A stretch of DNA of 64,000 nt, from positions 250,950-314,949 of IMG/VR virus record IMGVR_UViG_3300020202_000061, one strand, 5' to 3'. Numbering within the stretch: the first letter of the stretch is position 1; each line of letters opens with the position of its first letter. Shown here piece by piece: positions 1 to 9,579 of the stretch. A model generated the notes under the pieces. The model was not told the origin of the DNA. It was given only the letters and a program-made list of their open reading frames with translations, and ran no database searches. The position numbers and the translations under genes are program-made. The stretch is from a virus.

Positions 1-212
1 GAGAGCGGAGATTCCGCCATGGTCAACCTGGAGAAGGCCGGACCCGGCGCGGAATTGATGTTCTCCGCTGGCGGTCAGGGACCGGCTGGAGGCGTCGGCA
101 CGTTCCAGGTCGGATATCCCCAACCTCTTCCAGAGAAGGAACCCGTCCGGTCTGAGGAAACCATCAATCTGAACGCTCCGGCGGTGCCCGCACAGATGCC
201 GAACGAAACCCC

Positions 213-241
213 TTGACATTCCCGAGAGTATCATCTAAATA
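213..241 (+). promoter_or_regulatory. sigma70-like promoter of the phage consensus family; drives the tRNA-Asn pair
   Basis: TTGACA 213-218; 17-nt spacer; TAAATA 236-241; tRNA starts 18 nt downstream. Confidence 0.65.
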
Positions 242-258
242 CCCGTCACCAAACATAT

Positions 259-334
259 TCCCCAGTAGCTCAGTTGGTAGAGCGTTTGACTGTTAATCAA
301 AATGTCGGAGGTTCGAGACCTTCCTGGGGAGCCA
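259..334 (+). tRNA. tRNA-Asn (GTT)
   Basis: 76-nt cloverleaf; acceptor tccccag/ctgggga; anticodon loop ctGTTaa; T-arm ggttcgagacc; encoded CCA. Confidence 0.85.
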
Positions 335-344
335 AATGTCCTAT

Positions 345-420
345 TCCAGACAACGCACCGGGTGTGCGGGCTGGCTGTTAACCAGTATCGAGCTAGGTTC
401 GAGTCCTAGGTCTGGAGCCA
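345..420 (+). tRNA. tRNA-Asn (GTT), second divergent copy
   Basis: acceptor tccagac/gtctgga; D-stem cgca/tgcg; anticodon stem gctgg/ccagt with loop ctGTTaa; T-stem ctagg/cctag; CCA. Confidence 0.75.
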
Positions 421-579
421 AAATCCCATTAGTTCCGCGCTAGGGCCTATTGTCCCATCCCCACTGACAATAACAAGGTCGCAAACAAATCCTGATGATG
501 GATCGGGAGAGGTCGGGTTCGCTCCGACTGCTTGACATCCCTTGATTTGTTACCATTTTCTCTCAGGGGAGAATCCATC

Positions 580-894
580 ATGACAGAAGATTTCAAGTTC
601 GGCTTTGGGCGTTTTCTGAGCGAGCCCGAGATGGTCACGGACCTGATCGACAACAGGTTGACGACTCAGGACAGGGCGGAATTCCGTAAGACTCCGGAAC
701 AGGACCTGATCATACTCCACCACGGCCTGGGCATGTGGATCAGGAACTTCTACGGGCTCTGGCGCGAGGATAACCCTTACACCAAGGTCAACGCTGGGCC
801 TAATTCCGAAGGAATCATTGATGATCCGCTGTTTCCGGATCAGGTCAGCCAGCGCATCATCGAGGCAGCGTGGCGTAAACTCCGCATCGACTAA
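580..894 (+). CDS. hypothetical protein
   Basis: ORF 532..894; ATG 580 preceded by aggggagaatcc RBS. Confidence 0.5.
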   Translation: MTEDFKFGFGRFLSEPEMVTDLIDNRLTTQDRAEFRKTPEQDLIILHHGLGMWIRNFYGLWREDNPYTKVNAGPNSEGIIDDPLFPDQVSQRIIEAAWRKLRID

Positions 895-897
895 TCC

Positions 898-926
898 TTG
901 ACATTTCGAAACCTCAGGATTATGCT
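898..926 (+). promoter_or_regulatory. sigma70-like promoter
   Basis: TTGACA 898-903; 17-nt spacer; TATGCT 921-926. Confidence 0.5.
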
Positions 927-932
927 GGGGTT

Positions 933-1112
933 ATGAGTGATCCAGTTTTCCTTGCTGTGGTAGTGGTCACCTGTATGGTGATGATGAGCCTCGTGCTCTG
1001 GGTGCTGCTGCCCAAGACAATCAATCGGCTGATCCCCATCGCGATCTCGAATCTTGTGTTCCTGATCATGATTGCGAATCCGGTGCTCCGCGCCCTTGAA
1101 GGGAGATTCTGA
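933..1112 (+). CDS. small hydrophobic membrane protein (59 aa)
   Basis: ATG 933 to TGA 1110-1112; hydrophobic MSDPVFLAVVVVTCMVMMSLVLWVLL; stop overlaps next start (ATGA). Confidence 0.4.
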   Translation: MSDPVFLAVVVVTCMVMMSLVLWVLLPKTINRLIPIAISNLVFLIMIANPVLRALEGRF

Positions 1113-1291
1113 TGCGTGAACTGGTTCTGTCCGCACTCAAGAAGATGCCGGTCCGCTCGGGCGATCCGGAGTGGGAAACCTCCCTGGAGGCGATGCCCGA
1201 CAATATCCTGGTGGACCTCCTGATCAAGCGGGCGCATACCGATGGGTATCGCCAGTGTATGATCGACTACCCCGACAACCAGTACATCTGA
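1112..1291 (+). CDS. hypothetical protein (59 aa)
   Basis: ATG 1112 overlapping upstream stop; TGA 1289-1291. Confidence 0.4.
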   Translation: MRELVLSALKKMPVRSGDPEWETSLEAMPDNILVDLLIKRAHTDGYRQCMIDYPDNQYI

Positions 1292-1298
1292 GGCGGTT

Positions 1299-1562
1299 AT
1301 GGCCAAGCAGAAAAAGGAACGCGAACTGACAAAGCTGGAACGCTATCGCTTGGCCATGATCGAGCACAAACGTCGAATCGAATCCGGCTCGGTCACGACC
1401 GAGCACATGAACGAGTTGGTCGTGGTGATCGCCAACTCATTTCGGTTTGGGTCTGGCATCGTCTGGAGCCAATCCAACAAAGTTCTGGAAGAGGTATTCG
1501 GTGAAGTGCCTGCGTGGCACAACCGGGTCGAGGACCATGAGCAGATCGAGGGGCTGGCCTGA
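1299..1562 (+). CDS. hypothetical protein
   Basis: ORF 87 aa; stop overlaps next start. Confidence 0.5.
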   Translation: MAKQKKERELTKLERYRLAMIEHKRRIESGSVTTEHMNELVVVIANSFRFGSGIVWSQSNKVLEEVFGEVPAWHNRVEDHEQIEGLA

Positions 1563-1819
1563 TGGAACTTTACACAATCCTGGACGTGTGGGATCAGGTC
1601 ACCGTGGTTACATCGACCACGGACATCGTCAACTACGTCCGTTATACATCGGCCGATGCTCTGCGGACCAAATACTTCATGGATCGTGAGTTCACCGTGC
1701 CGTTGTCGGTGGAGGCCCTGACCGAGACGTTCCAGAGTCCGACTCGCGGCGTGGTGCCGATCTACGTGCAGAACGTCTCGTATCGTCCCAGCTTCAAGGT
1801 GCAGCGTCATGCCGTATGA
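1562..1819 (+). CDS. hypothetical protein
   Basis: ORF 85 aa; ATGA coupling at both ends. Confidence 0.45.
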   Translation: MELYTILDVWDQVTVVTSTTDIVNYVRYTSADALRTKYFMDREFTVPLSVEALTETFQSPTRGVVPIYVQNVSYRPSFKVQRHAV

Positions 1820-2166
1820 CCCATGGGATCGATTCTATGACTAGACCACAGGATGAGGGATTCGACGAGATCACTGGTGGTCTGGCACCGAGACTTGGTG
1901 TGGTTCTCCCGGCCGATGAGATACCCCTGGGTTCCCAGGTGACCAAGCGCACCGGCCGCGCCCAATACACCCTAGGCGACCGCCTACGCGTGTTCAACGC
2001 GGGTGGTGAGAAGCAGGAGATCGTCGCCCAGGAGGGAACCCGCTTCCTCATCGGCGACCGAGGCGATGCCAATGCGATCCCAGCCAGCACCGAACTCATC
2101 TGGTTGATCGAGGAAGAGGAACTCCTCTTCTGGCTCGAAGCCCGTCAGAACGGAACGCCACAGTGA
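1816..2166 (+). CDS. hypothetical protein
   Basis: ORF 116 aa; coupled to the upstream gene. Confidence 0.45.
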   Translation: MTHGIDSMTRPQDEGFDEITGGLAPRLGVVLPADEIPLGSQVTKRTGRAQYTLGDRLRVFNAGGEKQEIVAQEGTRFLIGDRGDANAIPASTELIWLIEEEELLFWLEARQNGTPQ

Positions 2167-2282
2167 AGCGCCGCCGTAAAACCGATGCCTATATCTGCGA
2201 TATCTGTGGTGTGGGCGGCTGCAAGCTCTGGAGAGAGTATCAGACGTTTGATCCACGCCTGTTCTGTCGAGCATGCTTGTGA
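2163..2282 (+). CDS. small CxxC…CxxC zinc-ribbon-like protein (39 aa, GTG start)
   Basis: GTG 2163 overlapping upstream TGA; CDICGVGGC…CRAC motif. Confidence 0.3.
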   Translation: MKRRRKTDAYICDICGVGGCKLWREYQTFDPRLFCRACL

Positions 2283-2523
2283 GGACCAGGGCAAGGATGC
2301 CTCACTGTTCACCGCAGCGGGACTTCGTCCGAGTGACGTGATCAACATTCCCGGCCACATGACCGATCAGATCGGCTGGCTCGTACCGGCGCTTCCCTCC
2401 GAGGGTGGTTATTGGGGCTACACAAGTTCTCCGGTCGAGTCCATTGCTGCCTGGAAAGCCCTACCTACGTATCCTCGGCGTTGAAATCCCCAGGGTTTCC
2501 ACCCACCTTCGTGTGGGGGAAAC

Positions 2524-3003
2524 ATGCTGGCGCACGTCGATTGGGGTGGACCGAATCAGGAATACCGATACACCTTGTGGAGGATTTGGGACGATTCGCT
2601 CCCAATCGTTCAGTGGATCGGCCTGAATCCGAGCACCGCTGACGAACACCGGGATGACCCGACCATCCGTAAGTGCGTGGGATTCGCTCGCCGCTGGGGA
2701 GCGGGTGCGATTTGCATGACCAATCTGTTTGCGTGGCGCGACACCAAGCCCGCTAACATGATGCGAGTGGCCGATCCTGTGGGACCGGAGAATGACCGGA
2801 TTCTCCAGGAAGTGGCAAAGCATGCCACGATCCGAGTGGCCGCCTGGGGTAATCACGGAGTGCATCTGAATCGAGCGGAGATCGTCACCAAGATGATCCC
2901 CGATCTCAGCATGCTCCGTATCAACGAAGCTACCGGCCAGCCTGGACATCCCCTCTACATACCCTATGAAACGAGTCTGAGTCCGTATGAAATCCGTCGC
3001 TAA
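2524..3003 (+). CDS. DUF1643 family protein
   Basis: GLNPSTAD…D.T…C..FA…NLFAWR pattern typical of DUF1643. Confidence 0.65.
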   Translation: MLAHVDWGGPNQEYRYTLWRIWDDSLPIVQWIGLNPSTADEHRDDPTIRKCVGFARRWGAGAICMTNLFAWRDTKPANMMRVADPVGPENDRILQEVAKHATIRVAAWGNHGVHLNRAEIVTKMIPDLSMLRINEATGQPGHPLYIPYETSLSPYEIRR

Positions 3004-4123
3004 TATCATCCATAAATGGCCCAAGCTGAAAACTGATGGCGAACGCCTGGGAATGCTCCGCGCCATCGCCACGGATAGTGATTTTTGGTTCTGTCTCCAT
3101 CTGAATTCGGAGAATCGTCCGACCAATCCCTATCAGATGGTATTCGGTCCGAATCCCACCTACGGAAGCGGTGTGGTTCACGGAGTGTTTCAGAAACTGG
3201 TTTATGCGTTGGAGCGGCAAGGACTCAAGCAGGAGCGCATGATCCAGGCCGTCCAGGCATTTGCCGGAGCCTGCACCCAAGAGGAATGGGAACTCTTCTA
3301 CATGCCCATCCTCAATCAGATTCGTCCCTCGATCTATGTGCCGCCACATCTGTTTAATCGAGTTGCTCCAGAAGAGTTTCGAATCCGCTGGCCCAGGCTG
3401 ATTCCGATGAAACCAGTCGATGAGAATTGGCGCTATGAGACCGAATACTACGTGGAACCGTTACCCACCGAGGATTACCCCCGTCGAGAGATGTGGGTGA
3501 TCGAGCCGGTGCGGGTATACGGTGTGGACGAGTTCGAGCAGACCGTGGATCGTCCGGAGGTCGTAGCGATCTTCGAGAAACTCCTACTCACGGATGAGAT
3601 CGCGTTTCCGATCCTGTTGGAGGTCTACGCTGATCCCCTGGTGGTGCGTGACGTGCATTTCCCTCGGGTCAATCTCCATCTGGAAGAACGCATGGAACTC
3701 CTGGAGGATATCCGTCATCGCTTGGAAGATACCGTGGAATTCTCCGAGGTTCACAAGGTTGAAACCGCAGCGATGAACGATCAACTCGCGATGTTCTGGG
3801 AGCAGGGTTATCGAGGGATGGTTTTGCGTTCGGCTCGCAGCGATATGTTGGTGCAGCCCACAGACCGGGTTTCGGTTCGAATAGACAACTATACGGAACA
3901 GAACAAAATCCTCGAATCCATTGATGTGCTCGTGCGGAATGGATTATCCCCGCATACGCAAATTGTCAAAGCAGGCTTGAAATCTCCCAACGCCCGTCAA
4001 CTTTATGAGGGCGAGAATATCCCAAGACGGCAAACCGTGCGATTACTGACGTGCGGCACGGACCGACATGGGGATTTCATGTTTCCTGTATTTGACCAAG
4101 TGGAAGAGGACAAAAATGACTGA
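2987..4123 (+). CDS. ATP-dependent DNA ligase (minimal phage type)
   Basis: motif I KLKTDGER (KxDGxR) near the N-terminus; EGYRGMVLRS motif IV-like; about 378 aa, T7-ligase size. Confidence 0.75.
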   Translation: MKSVANIIHKWPKLKTDGERLGMLRAIATDSDFWFCLHLNSENRPTNPYQMVFGPNPTYGSGVVHGVFQKLVYALERQGLKQERMIQAVQAFAGACTQEEWELFYMPILNQIRPSIYVPPHLFNRVAPEEFRIRWPRLIPMKPVDENWRYETEYYVEPLPTEDYPRREMWVIEPVRVYGVDEFEQTVDRPEVVAIFEKLLLTDEIAFPILLEVYADPLVVRDVHFPRVNLHLEERMELLEDIRHRLEDTVEFSEVHKVETAAMNDQLAMFWEQGYRGMVLRSARSDMLVQPTDRVSVRIDNYTEQNKILESIDVLVRNGLSPHTQIVKAGLKSPNARQLYEGENIPRRQTVRLLTCGTDRHGDFMFPVFDQVEEDKND

Positions 4124-4385
4124 TGTAGGTGGCATTGCCAGCGAACGTTTGAAGAGCTTCATCGAGCGCATCGAACGTCTGGAAGAAGAGAAGTCTGGAA
4201 TCTCCGGTGATATCAAGGCGGTCTATGACGAAGCGAAGAGCACAGGCTTCGAGACCAAGATCATGAAGGAGATCATCAAGCGCCGTAAGAAGGATCGCAA
4301 GACTCTTCAGGAAGAAGACGCGCTGCTCGAACTCTACCAGCATGCTCTGGGTATGACCTCCGAGGGGGAAGACCCCGAAGAATAA
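4116..4385 (+). CDS. gapR: GapR-like nucleoid-associated protein (DUF2312)
   Basis: LKSFIERIERLEEEKSGISGDIKAVYDEAKSTGFETKIMKEIIKRRKKDRKTLQEEDALLELYQHALGM closely parallels Caulobacter GapR. Confidence 0.8.
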   Translation: MTDVGGIASERLKSFIERIERLEEEKSGISGDIKAVYDEAKSTGFETKIMKEIIKRRKKDRKTLQEEDALLELYQHALGMTSEGEDPEE

Positions 4386-4747
4386 TGGCTGTTGATCTGG
4401 TCATCTTTACGGGCGACCGAGGGGAGTATCGCCTGTGTAATCGAATCTGGCATGGCGGTCCGGATCGTCCGGACTACGAGTTCATGCAGGAACTCACGTT
4501 GATGCAGGCGATCATCCTCTATCAGACGGGAGTCGCGGACGACTACACACCCGGTAAAGAACTGGAACGAGCAGAACCGGTCAAACCGGCCGATAGAAAG
4601 AAAAACAAACCGCGCTTCCGCGTGAAAGCGCTGATAAGAAAGATCGAGGGGGATCATGACTTGGGAGAAGCGTTGGATGGATGTGGCCGATCTGGTCGCA
4701 TCCTGGAGCAAGGATCGCAGTCGCAAAACCGGGGCTGTGATTGTTGA
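4385..4747 (+). CDS. hypothetical protein
   Basis: ORF 120 aa; 3' end overlaps the dCMP deaminase ORF in another frame. Confidence 0.4.
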   Translation: MAVDLVIFTGDRGEYRLCNRIWHGGPDRPDYEFMQELTLMQAIILYQTGVADDYTPGKELERAEPVKPADRKKNKPRFRVKALIRKIEGDHDLGEALDGCGRSGRILEQGSQSQNRGCDC

Positions 4748-5114
4748 TGATCGTCAAGTCGTCATCGCGGTGGGTTGGAACGGGTTCCCGCGTGGAATTG
4801 ACGACAACGTAGAGCAGCGTCACGAGCGTCCGGCCAAGTATCAGTGGACCGAGCACGCCGAGCGCAATGCCATCTTCAATGCCGCCGCCAAGGGCATTTC
4901 CACTCGTGGAACCACCATGTATCTCACGTGGTATCCCTGCGCGGATTGCGCTCGCTCAGTGATCCAGGCGGGCATCTCCTATTTGGTCAGTGTTGAGCCG
5001 GACTGGAACGACCCGAAGTGGGGTCAGGACTTCGTCATGGTCAAGGACATGCTGTCCGAGGCCGGAGTCAACGTGCGTTTCGTCACGGATCGCACCGCAC
5101 CAATCATGAAGTAA
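4656..5114 (+). CDS. dCMP deaminase (cytidine/deoxycytidylate deaminase zinc-binding family)
   Basis: HAERNAI and PCADCA zinc-ligand motifs. Confidence 0.8.
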   Translation: MTWEKRWMDVADLVASWSKDRSRKTGAVIVDDRQVVIAVGWNGFPRGIDDNVEQRHERPAKYQWTEHAERNAIFNAAAKGISTRGTTMYLTWYPCADCARSVIQAGISYLVSVEPDWNDPKWGQDFVMVKDMLSEAGVNVRFVTDRTAPIMK

Positions 5115-5123
5115 GGAGGAATT

Positions 5124-5321
5124 ATGACCACAGTAGCACATATTCAACTCAGTGACGGTACCGTCATGGAGCGTGTGTCCATCACGAGCCCAGCAGACGC
5201 GGATTTCGGCGACAACATTCAGAACGTGTTCAACGCGGGATGGATTCAGGTCCTCTTGGAGGCCAAGCCGGTATGGGTCCAGGTCCCGACCATTGCACTG
5301 ATCGAGCCCGTTGCGGAGTAG
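5124..5321 (+). CDS. hypothetical protein
   Basis: 65 aa; strong RBS aaggagg. Confidence 0.5.
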   Translation: MTTVAHIQLSDGTVMERVSITSPADADFGDNIQNVFNAGWIQVLLEAKPVWVQVPTIALIEPVAE

Positions 5322-5324
5322 TCC

Positions 5325-5858
5325 ATGACGCTTCTCGTAAACTTGTTTGGCGGCCCAGGATGTGGCAAAAGCACGACCCGCGCTGGAATCTTCCACAAAC
5401 TAAAGCTGCGTGGTTACAACGTAGAGGAAGCGCCTGAGTACGCGAAACAACTCACTTGGGAAAAGCGTGGGATGGCTCTGACCTGTCAGCCCTACGTCCT
5501 GGGCAAGCAGTTGTTTACGATCTACCGCTTGATGGGACAGGTCGAAGCAATCATCACGGATTCTCCGATCATTCTGGGTTCGGTCTATGCACCGCCAGAG
5601 GAATTGCCATCGTTTCATCAGTTTGTGATCGACAAGTTCAACTCGTTTGACTCGATCAATTTCTACATCAATCGCGTGAAACCCTATAACCCGGCCGGTC
5701 GTAACCAGGACCTGGAGGGGGCCAAGCAGATCGATGACGTGGTCTTGAAATACATCCAGGCCCACAATATTCCCTACGAGAATATTGATGGCGACGAAGG
5801 TGGTGCGATTGAGGCCGCCGCACTCGTCGGATATATGTTGGAACGCAGAAGAACCTGA
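5325..5858 (+). CDS. P-loop NTPase, putative nucleotide/(d)NMP kinase
   Basis: Walker A GGPGCGKST at the N-terminus; 177 aa. Confidence 0.6.
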   Translation: MTLLVNLFGGPGCGKSTTRAGIFHKLKLRGYNVEEAPEYAKQLTWEKRGMALTCQPYVLGKQLFTIYRLMGQVEAIITDSPIILGSVYAPPEELPSFHQFVIDKFNSFDSINFYINRVKPYNPAGRNQDLEGAKQIDDVVLKYIQAHNIPYENIDGDEGGAIEAAALVGYMLERRRT

Positions 5859-8752
5859 TGTACATCGATGCCGCACAAATCCAAAAGGATGGGAATCGTA
5901 TCTATGTGAGTGAGAGGGGCAAGGATGGTCAAAGGATCATCAAGTCCCAGATGCCTCCATATGTGCTCTACTATACCGACCCGGATGGCAATTTCACCAG
6001 TATCTACGGGGACAAGCTAAAGCGCGTCCACAATACCTCACGCCGTGCCCACGAGAACGATCTCCAATACTACAGGGATCGCGGGTGCAACATTTTCGAA
6101 TCCGACGTGAAGCCGGTCTTCCGTGTGTTGGAGGAGAAATACGGGCATCTTGATGATTTGCCCAGTTTGAATGTGGGCATCATCGATATCGAGGCCGACA
6201 AGGACCCGAAGAAGGGCTTCACCCGCGTGCGTGATCCCTACGCGATCATCAACGCGTTGACCATCTATAAGAAGCACCTGGACACCTACATCACTCTGAT
6301 TGTGCCACCACCGAATCTCACGGTCGCACAGACCGAATCGATTCTGGCCAATACCGGACATCAAGCAGAGGATGGTAGCTACGTCGAGGGGCCGGGCCGA
6401 GATGAGTTCTCCGATCTCACTGAGGAACATGGATACTTCGTCTGTGAGGATGAGGCCGATCTTCTTCTGACGTTTCTGGAACTGATCGAGGATATCGACG
6501 TGCTGACCGGTTGGAACAGCACGTTCTTCGATATTCCCTATCTGATCCAGCGCATGCGTATCGTGTTGGGCGGAGAATCCATCAACAAACTCGCGATGGA
6601 AGACGGCACGGATCAGCATCCGTATGATCCAACGTCGGAGAGTGTCACCCACATTCAGAGAATGAACCTGTTTCCGACCGTTCCCAAACAGCGCCATGTG
6701 GAACGTTTCGGCACGTTCGAGACCGTCTACGATCTGTGTGGTCGCGTCCATCTGGACTATCTGGAACTCTACCAGAAGTTCCCCCATGAGGAGCTTCACT
6801 CCTATACCCTGGACTTCGTTCTGAAGCATGAGGTCAAGCAGTCCAAGGTTGTCTACGAGGGGAGCCTCGACCAGCTATACCGTCTGAACATTCGTAGATT
6901 CGCCGCCTATAACCGTCAGGATGTTGCCGGGTTGAAGGCGTTGGACGCGAAGAAGAAATACATCGATCTGGCCAACGTCATGGCGCACATGGCCAGTGTG
7001 ACTCTGCGCGAAGTTCTGGGTTCGGTGGTGATCATCGAACAGGCCATCTTGAAGCGTCTGCACAAGGACAAGCTGATCTGTTTCGACAAGATGGAGAAGC
7101 AACACGACCTCCCAATTCCAGGTGCGTTCGTGGTCAACCCAGAGAAGGGTGATTATCGCTGCGTAGCCTCATACGACTTCAACTCGCTGTATCCGACGAC
7201 GATTCGTCTTGTCAATATCAGTCCGGAACAGATCATTGGTCAGTTCGATCTGAACCGTACCATCACGAAGTGGCGCAAACACTTTGTGGATTACGGTGGG
7301 GACACCGGCCGCAAGGATGCCGGAACCAAGGCATGGTCGCATTTCACCGGAGTGCTCGAATACCATGACGTGATCGATGAGACCGAGGAACAACTCACCC
7401 TGGTCTTCGAAGGCACTGGTGAAGAGATCACTCTGACCGGGAAGGAATGGAAAGAGGTCCTCAAGGAGAACAACTGGTCGATCAGCGGATTCGGCACGGT
7501 CTTCGATCTATCCCGAGAGGGTATCGTCACCAAGTGCATGACTGAGTGGTATGCGGACCGCGTGAAGCTCCAGGATCAGAAGAAGAAATACGGCAAGGCC
7601 CAGGAGGGTGTAAACGATCCGGATAGACTGAAGGAGTTGAAGGAGCTTGAAGCCTATTACGACATGCTCCAGCAGGCGAAGAAGCTGTTCCTGAACTCCA
7701 CTTACGGAGCCTACCTGAACTCGTATTTCCGCTTCAATGATCCCCGCTTGGGTGCGTCGGTCACGCTGAGTGGTCGTGTCATGACCAAGCACATGGTGAA
7801 GCAGACCTCCTATGTGATGACCGGGGTCTACGATTTTGATCGCCGCGCCATCATCTATGGTGACACTGACTCCTGCTACGCTACCATGCACTGGTATATG
7901 CAGCAGAATGGTATCGAGATCACCGACCGCAACATGGTGAAGCTCGCGGACGAACTGGGTGAGAAGATCAACGCCAGTATGCCTCCGTTCCTGGAAGGCG
8001 CGTTCCTGATCGACCAGAAGCGTGGTGAGATACTCGAAGCCGGTCGAGAGATCGTCGGTCGCCGTGGTCTGTTTAAGGACAAGAAGAAACGCTACGCTCT
8101 GCACATCATCGACAAGGAAGGCAAAACGGTGGACGATCTCAAGATCGTCGGTATGGAAACGCGCCGCTCAGACACTCCCAAGCATATCCAGGAGTTTCTC
8201 ATCCAGTGCCTTACCCAGACCATCAAGGAGAACAAATCTTATGCGGAGATTCGCCAGATCGTGGATGAATTCCGTGCAGGATTCCGCAAACTTGATCCCT
8301 GGCGCATCGGTTCGCCCGGCCGCGTCAAGAAGCTGGCCACCGCCACGAAGAAACACAACGTCTACAACAGTCGCACCGAGGATGGTGTGGTCGGGCTGGC
8401 CAAGCCAAACTCGCATTTCTACGTGAAGGCGGCACTCAACACGAATACCTTGATGACCCACTACAACGAGACCCGTTGGGACGTGATCCGTGACGGCGAT
8501 AAGGTCGAGGTTCTTTACCTTAGTCCGAACGAATTCGATATGGACGTGGTTGGCATCCGCACGGGTGAAACCTATGTCCCGGAGTGGTTCAAAACCCTCC
8601 CGGTGGACCGCGCCCGAATGGAGCAGAAATTGATCGATCAGAAACTCCACAACGTTCTTGGGGATGTTCTGGAGTGGGATTTTACCCCACAAACAAACTA
8701 TGCATCTGAAGTATTTGAGGAAAACACGGATTTCTACTCCATGGCGGGTTGA
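5858..8752 (+). CDS. family B DNA polymerase
   Basis: exo motif IIDIEADKD; motif B KLFLNSTYGAY (Kx3NSxYG); motif C IIYGDTDS; 964 aa. Confidence 0.9.
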   Translation: MYIDAAQIQKDGNRIYVSERGKDGQRIIKSQMPPYVLYYTDPDGNFTSIYGDKLKRVHNTSRRAHENDLQYYRDRGCNIFESDVKPVFRVLEEKYGHLDDLPSLNVGIIDIEADKDPKKGFTRVRDPYAIINALTIYKKHLDTYITLIVPPPNLTVAQTESILANTGHQAEDGSYVEGPGRDEFSDLTEEHGYFVCEDEADLLLTFLELIEDIDVLTGWNSTFFDIPYLIQRMRIVLGGESINKLAMEDGTDQHPYDPTSESVTHIQRMNLFPTVPKQRHVERFGTFETVYDLCGRVHLDYLELYQKFPHEELHSYTLDFVLKHEVKQSKVVYEGSLDQLYRLNIRRFAAYNRQDVAGLKALDAKKKYIDLANVMAHMASVTLREVLGSVVIIEQAILKRLHKDKLICFDKMEKQHDLPIPGAFVVNPEKGDYRCVASYDFNSLYPTTIRLVNISPEQIIGQFDLNRTITKWRKHFVDYGGDTGRKDAGTKAWSHFTGVLEYHDVIDETEEQLTLVFEGTGEEITLTGKEWKEVLKENNWSISGFGTVFDLSREGIVTKCMTEWYADRVKLQDQKKKYGKAQEGVNDPDRLKELKELEAYYDMLQQAKKLFLNSTYGAYLNSYFRFNDPRLGASVTLSGRVMTKHMVKQTSYVMTGVYDFDRRAIIYGDTDSCYATMHWYMQQNGIEITDRNMVKLADELGEKINASMPPFLEGAFLIDQKRGEILEAGREIVGRRGLFKDKKKRYALHIIDKEGKTVDDLKIVGMETRRSDTPKHIQEFLIQCLTQTIKENKSYAEIRQIVDEFRAGFRKLDPWRIGSPGRVKKLATATKKHNVYNSRTEDGVVGLAKPNSHFYVKAALNTNTLMTHYNETRWDVIRDGDKVEVLYLSPNEFDMDVVGIRTGETYVPEWFKTLPVDRARMEQKLIDQKLHNVLGDVLEWDFTPQTNYASEVFEENTDFYSMAG

Positions 8753-8777
8753 CAATCCTGGGGTTTTCCCCTAAGTG
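8749..8777 (+). promoter_or_regulatory. sigma70-like promoter with GGGGTTTTCCCC dyad spacer
   Basis: TTGACA 8749-8754; 17-nt spacer atcctggggttttcccc; TAAGTG. Confidence 0.45.
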
Positions 8778-8793
8778 AAGTCTGGGGGTTTAG

Positions 8794-9579
8794 GTGAACT
8801 ATCTGTTTTCGTCCATCACAGAGTTTCTGGAGAAGATCGCTCCATTCACGAAATCGATCTCTCACGTCCATCTGGCTAAGATGAAGGATGGTCGTGGAGT
8901 CTTGGCCGCTCCCAGTAGGGATCGTTCGGTCGAGGTTCAAGCCATCACCAAACAACCACTGGAAGACCTCCAGGGAGTGGCGTGTCTGGGCAATCTCCTC
9001 TATTTGAGGCAAATCCTGAAATCCTCCTTTATCAGGGATTCCGAGATCACCCTCTCCTACAGGGATGCCAAGGACAATCGACCGGCCTCGGTCAATACCG
9101 TACAGTTCTCGGTTCCCAAGAAGTCCGCGATCCTCTATCAGGCGACGGACCCATTCATGGGGAATCTGGTGATGCCGGTCAAACAGAAGATCACGGAATG
9201 GCCGGTCAGTTTCATCCTGGAGGGGAAGGCGTTCGAAGAGATAACCGAGATGAGCCAGATTCAGGCTGCGAGTTCGGTCACGGGTGAAATTCTCTTCGAG
9301 TTGATCGCGGACAAATCCGGAGTGATGACAGCGATGTTCGGCAAACGTAACCAATCCAGTCTGGTCCTGACCGATCAGGTGGATCGTGACGATCCGAAGT
9401 CAGGATTCTCGGCGAAATTCATTACGGACCATTTCATCCGCCTCGGTGGGATGACCAATTGGAAGGTCCACAAGGACGGGATGGTGTTCCAGTTCTGTGA
9501 TAAGGCGGTGAAATCCATCTTTGAGACACCAAACCTGGAATACGAAATTATCCTGACTGCAAAGAAGGCGGCCGAATAA
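8794..9579 (+). CDS. hypothetical protein (position after polB suggests a clamp, unproven)
   Basis: ORF 261 aa immediately downstream of polB; GTG start; no motif. Confidence 0.5.
   Translation: MNYLFSSITEFLEKIAPFTKSISHVHLAKMKDGRGVLAAPSRDRSVEVQAITKQPLEDLQGVACLGNLLYLRQILKSSFIRDSEITLSYRDAKDNRPASVNTVQFSVPKKSAILYQATDPFMGNLVMPVKQKITEWPVSFILEGKAFEEITEMSQIQAASSVTGEILFELIADKSGVMTAMFGKRNQSSLVLTDQVDRDDPKSGFSAKFITDHFIRLGGMTNWKVHKDGMVFQFCDKAVKSIFETPNLEYEIILTAKKAAE

Noticed and set aside
421-531. T-arm-like segment ggtcgggttcgctccgac suggesting another tRNA after the Asn pair
   Set aside because: No acceptor, D-arm or anticodon arm could be paired around it; likely a remnant or chance match.
2185-2484. 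99-aa + ORF overlapping the small zinc-ribbon ORF
   Set aside because: It conflicts in frame with the coupled GTG-start ORF 2163-2282 and has no RBS; the region is left ambiguous.
6038-6829. 263-aa minus-strand ORF inside the DNA polymerase gene
   Set aside because: Shadow ORF opposite conserved polB motifs; no start context or coupling.
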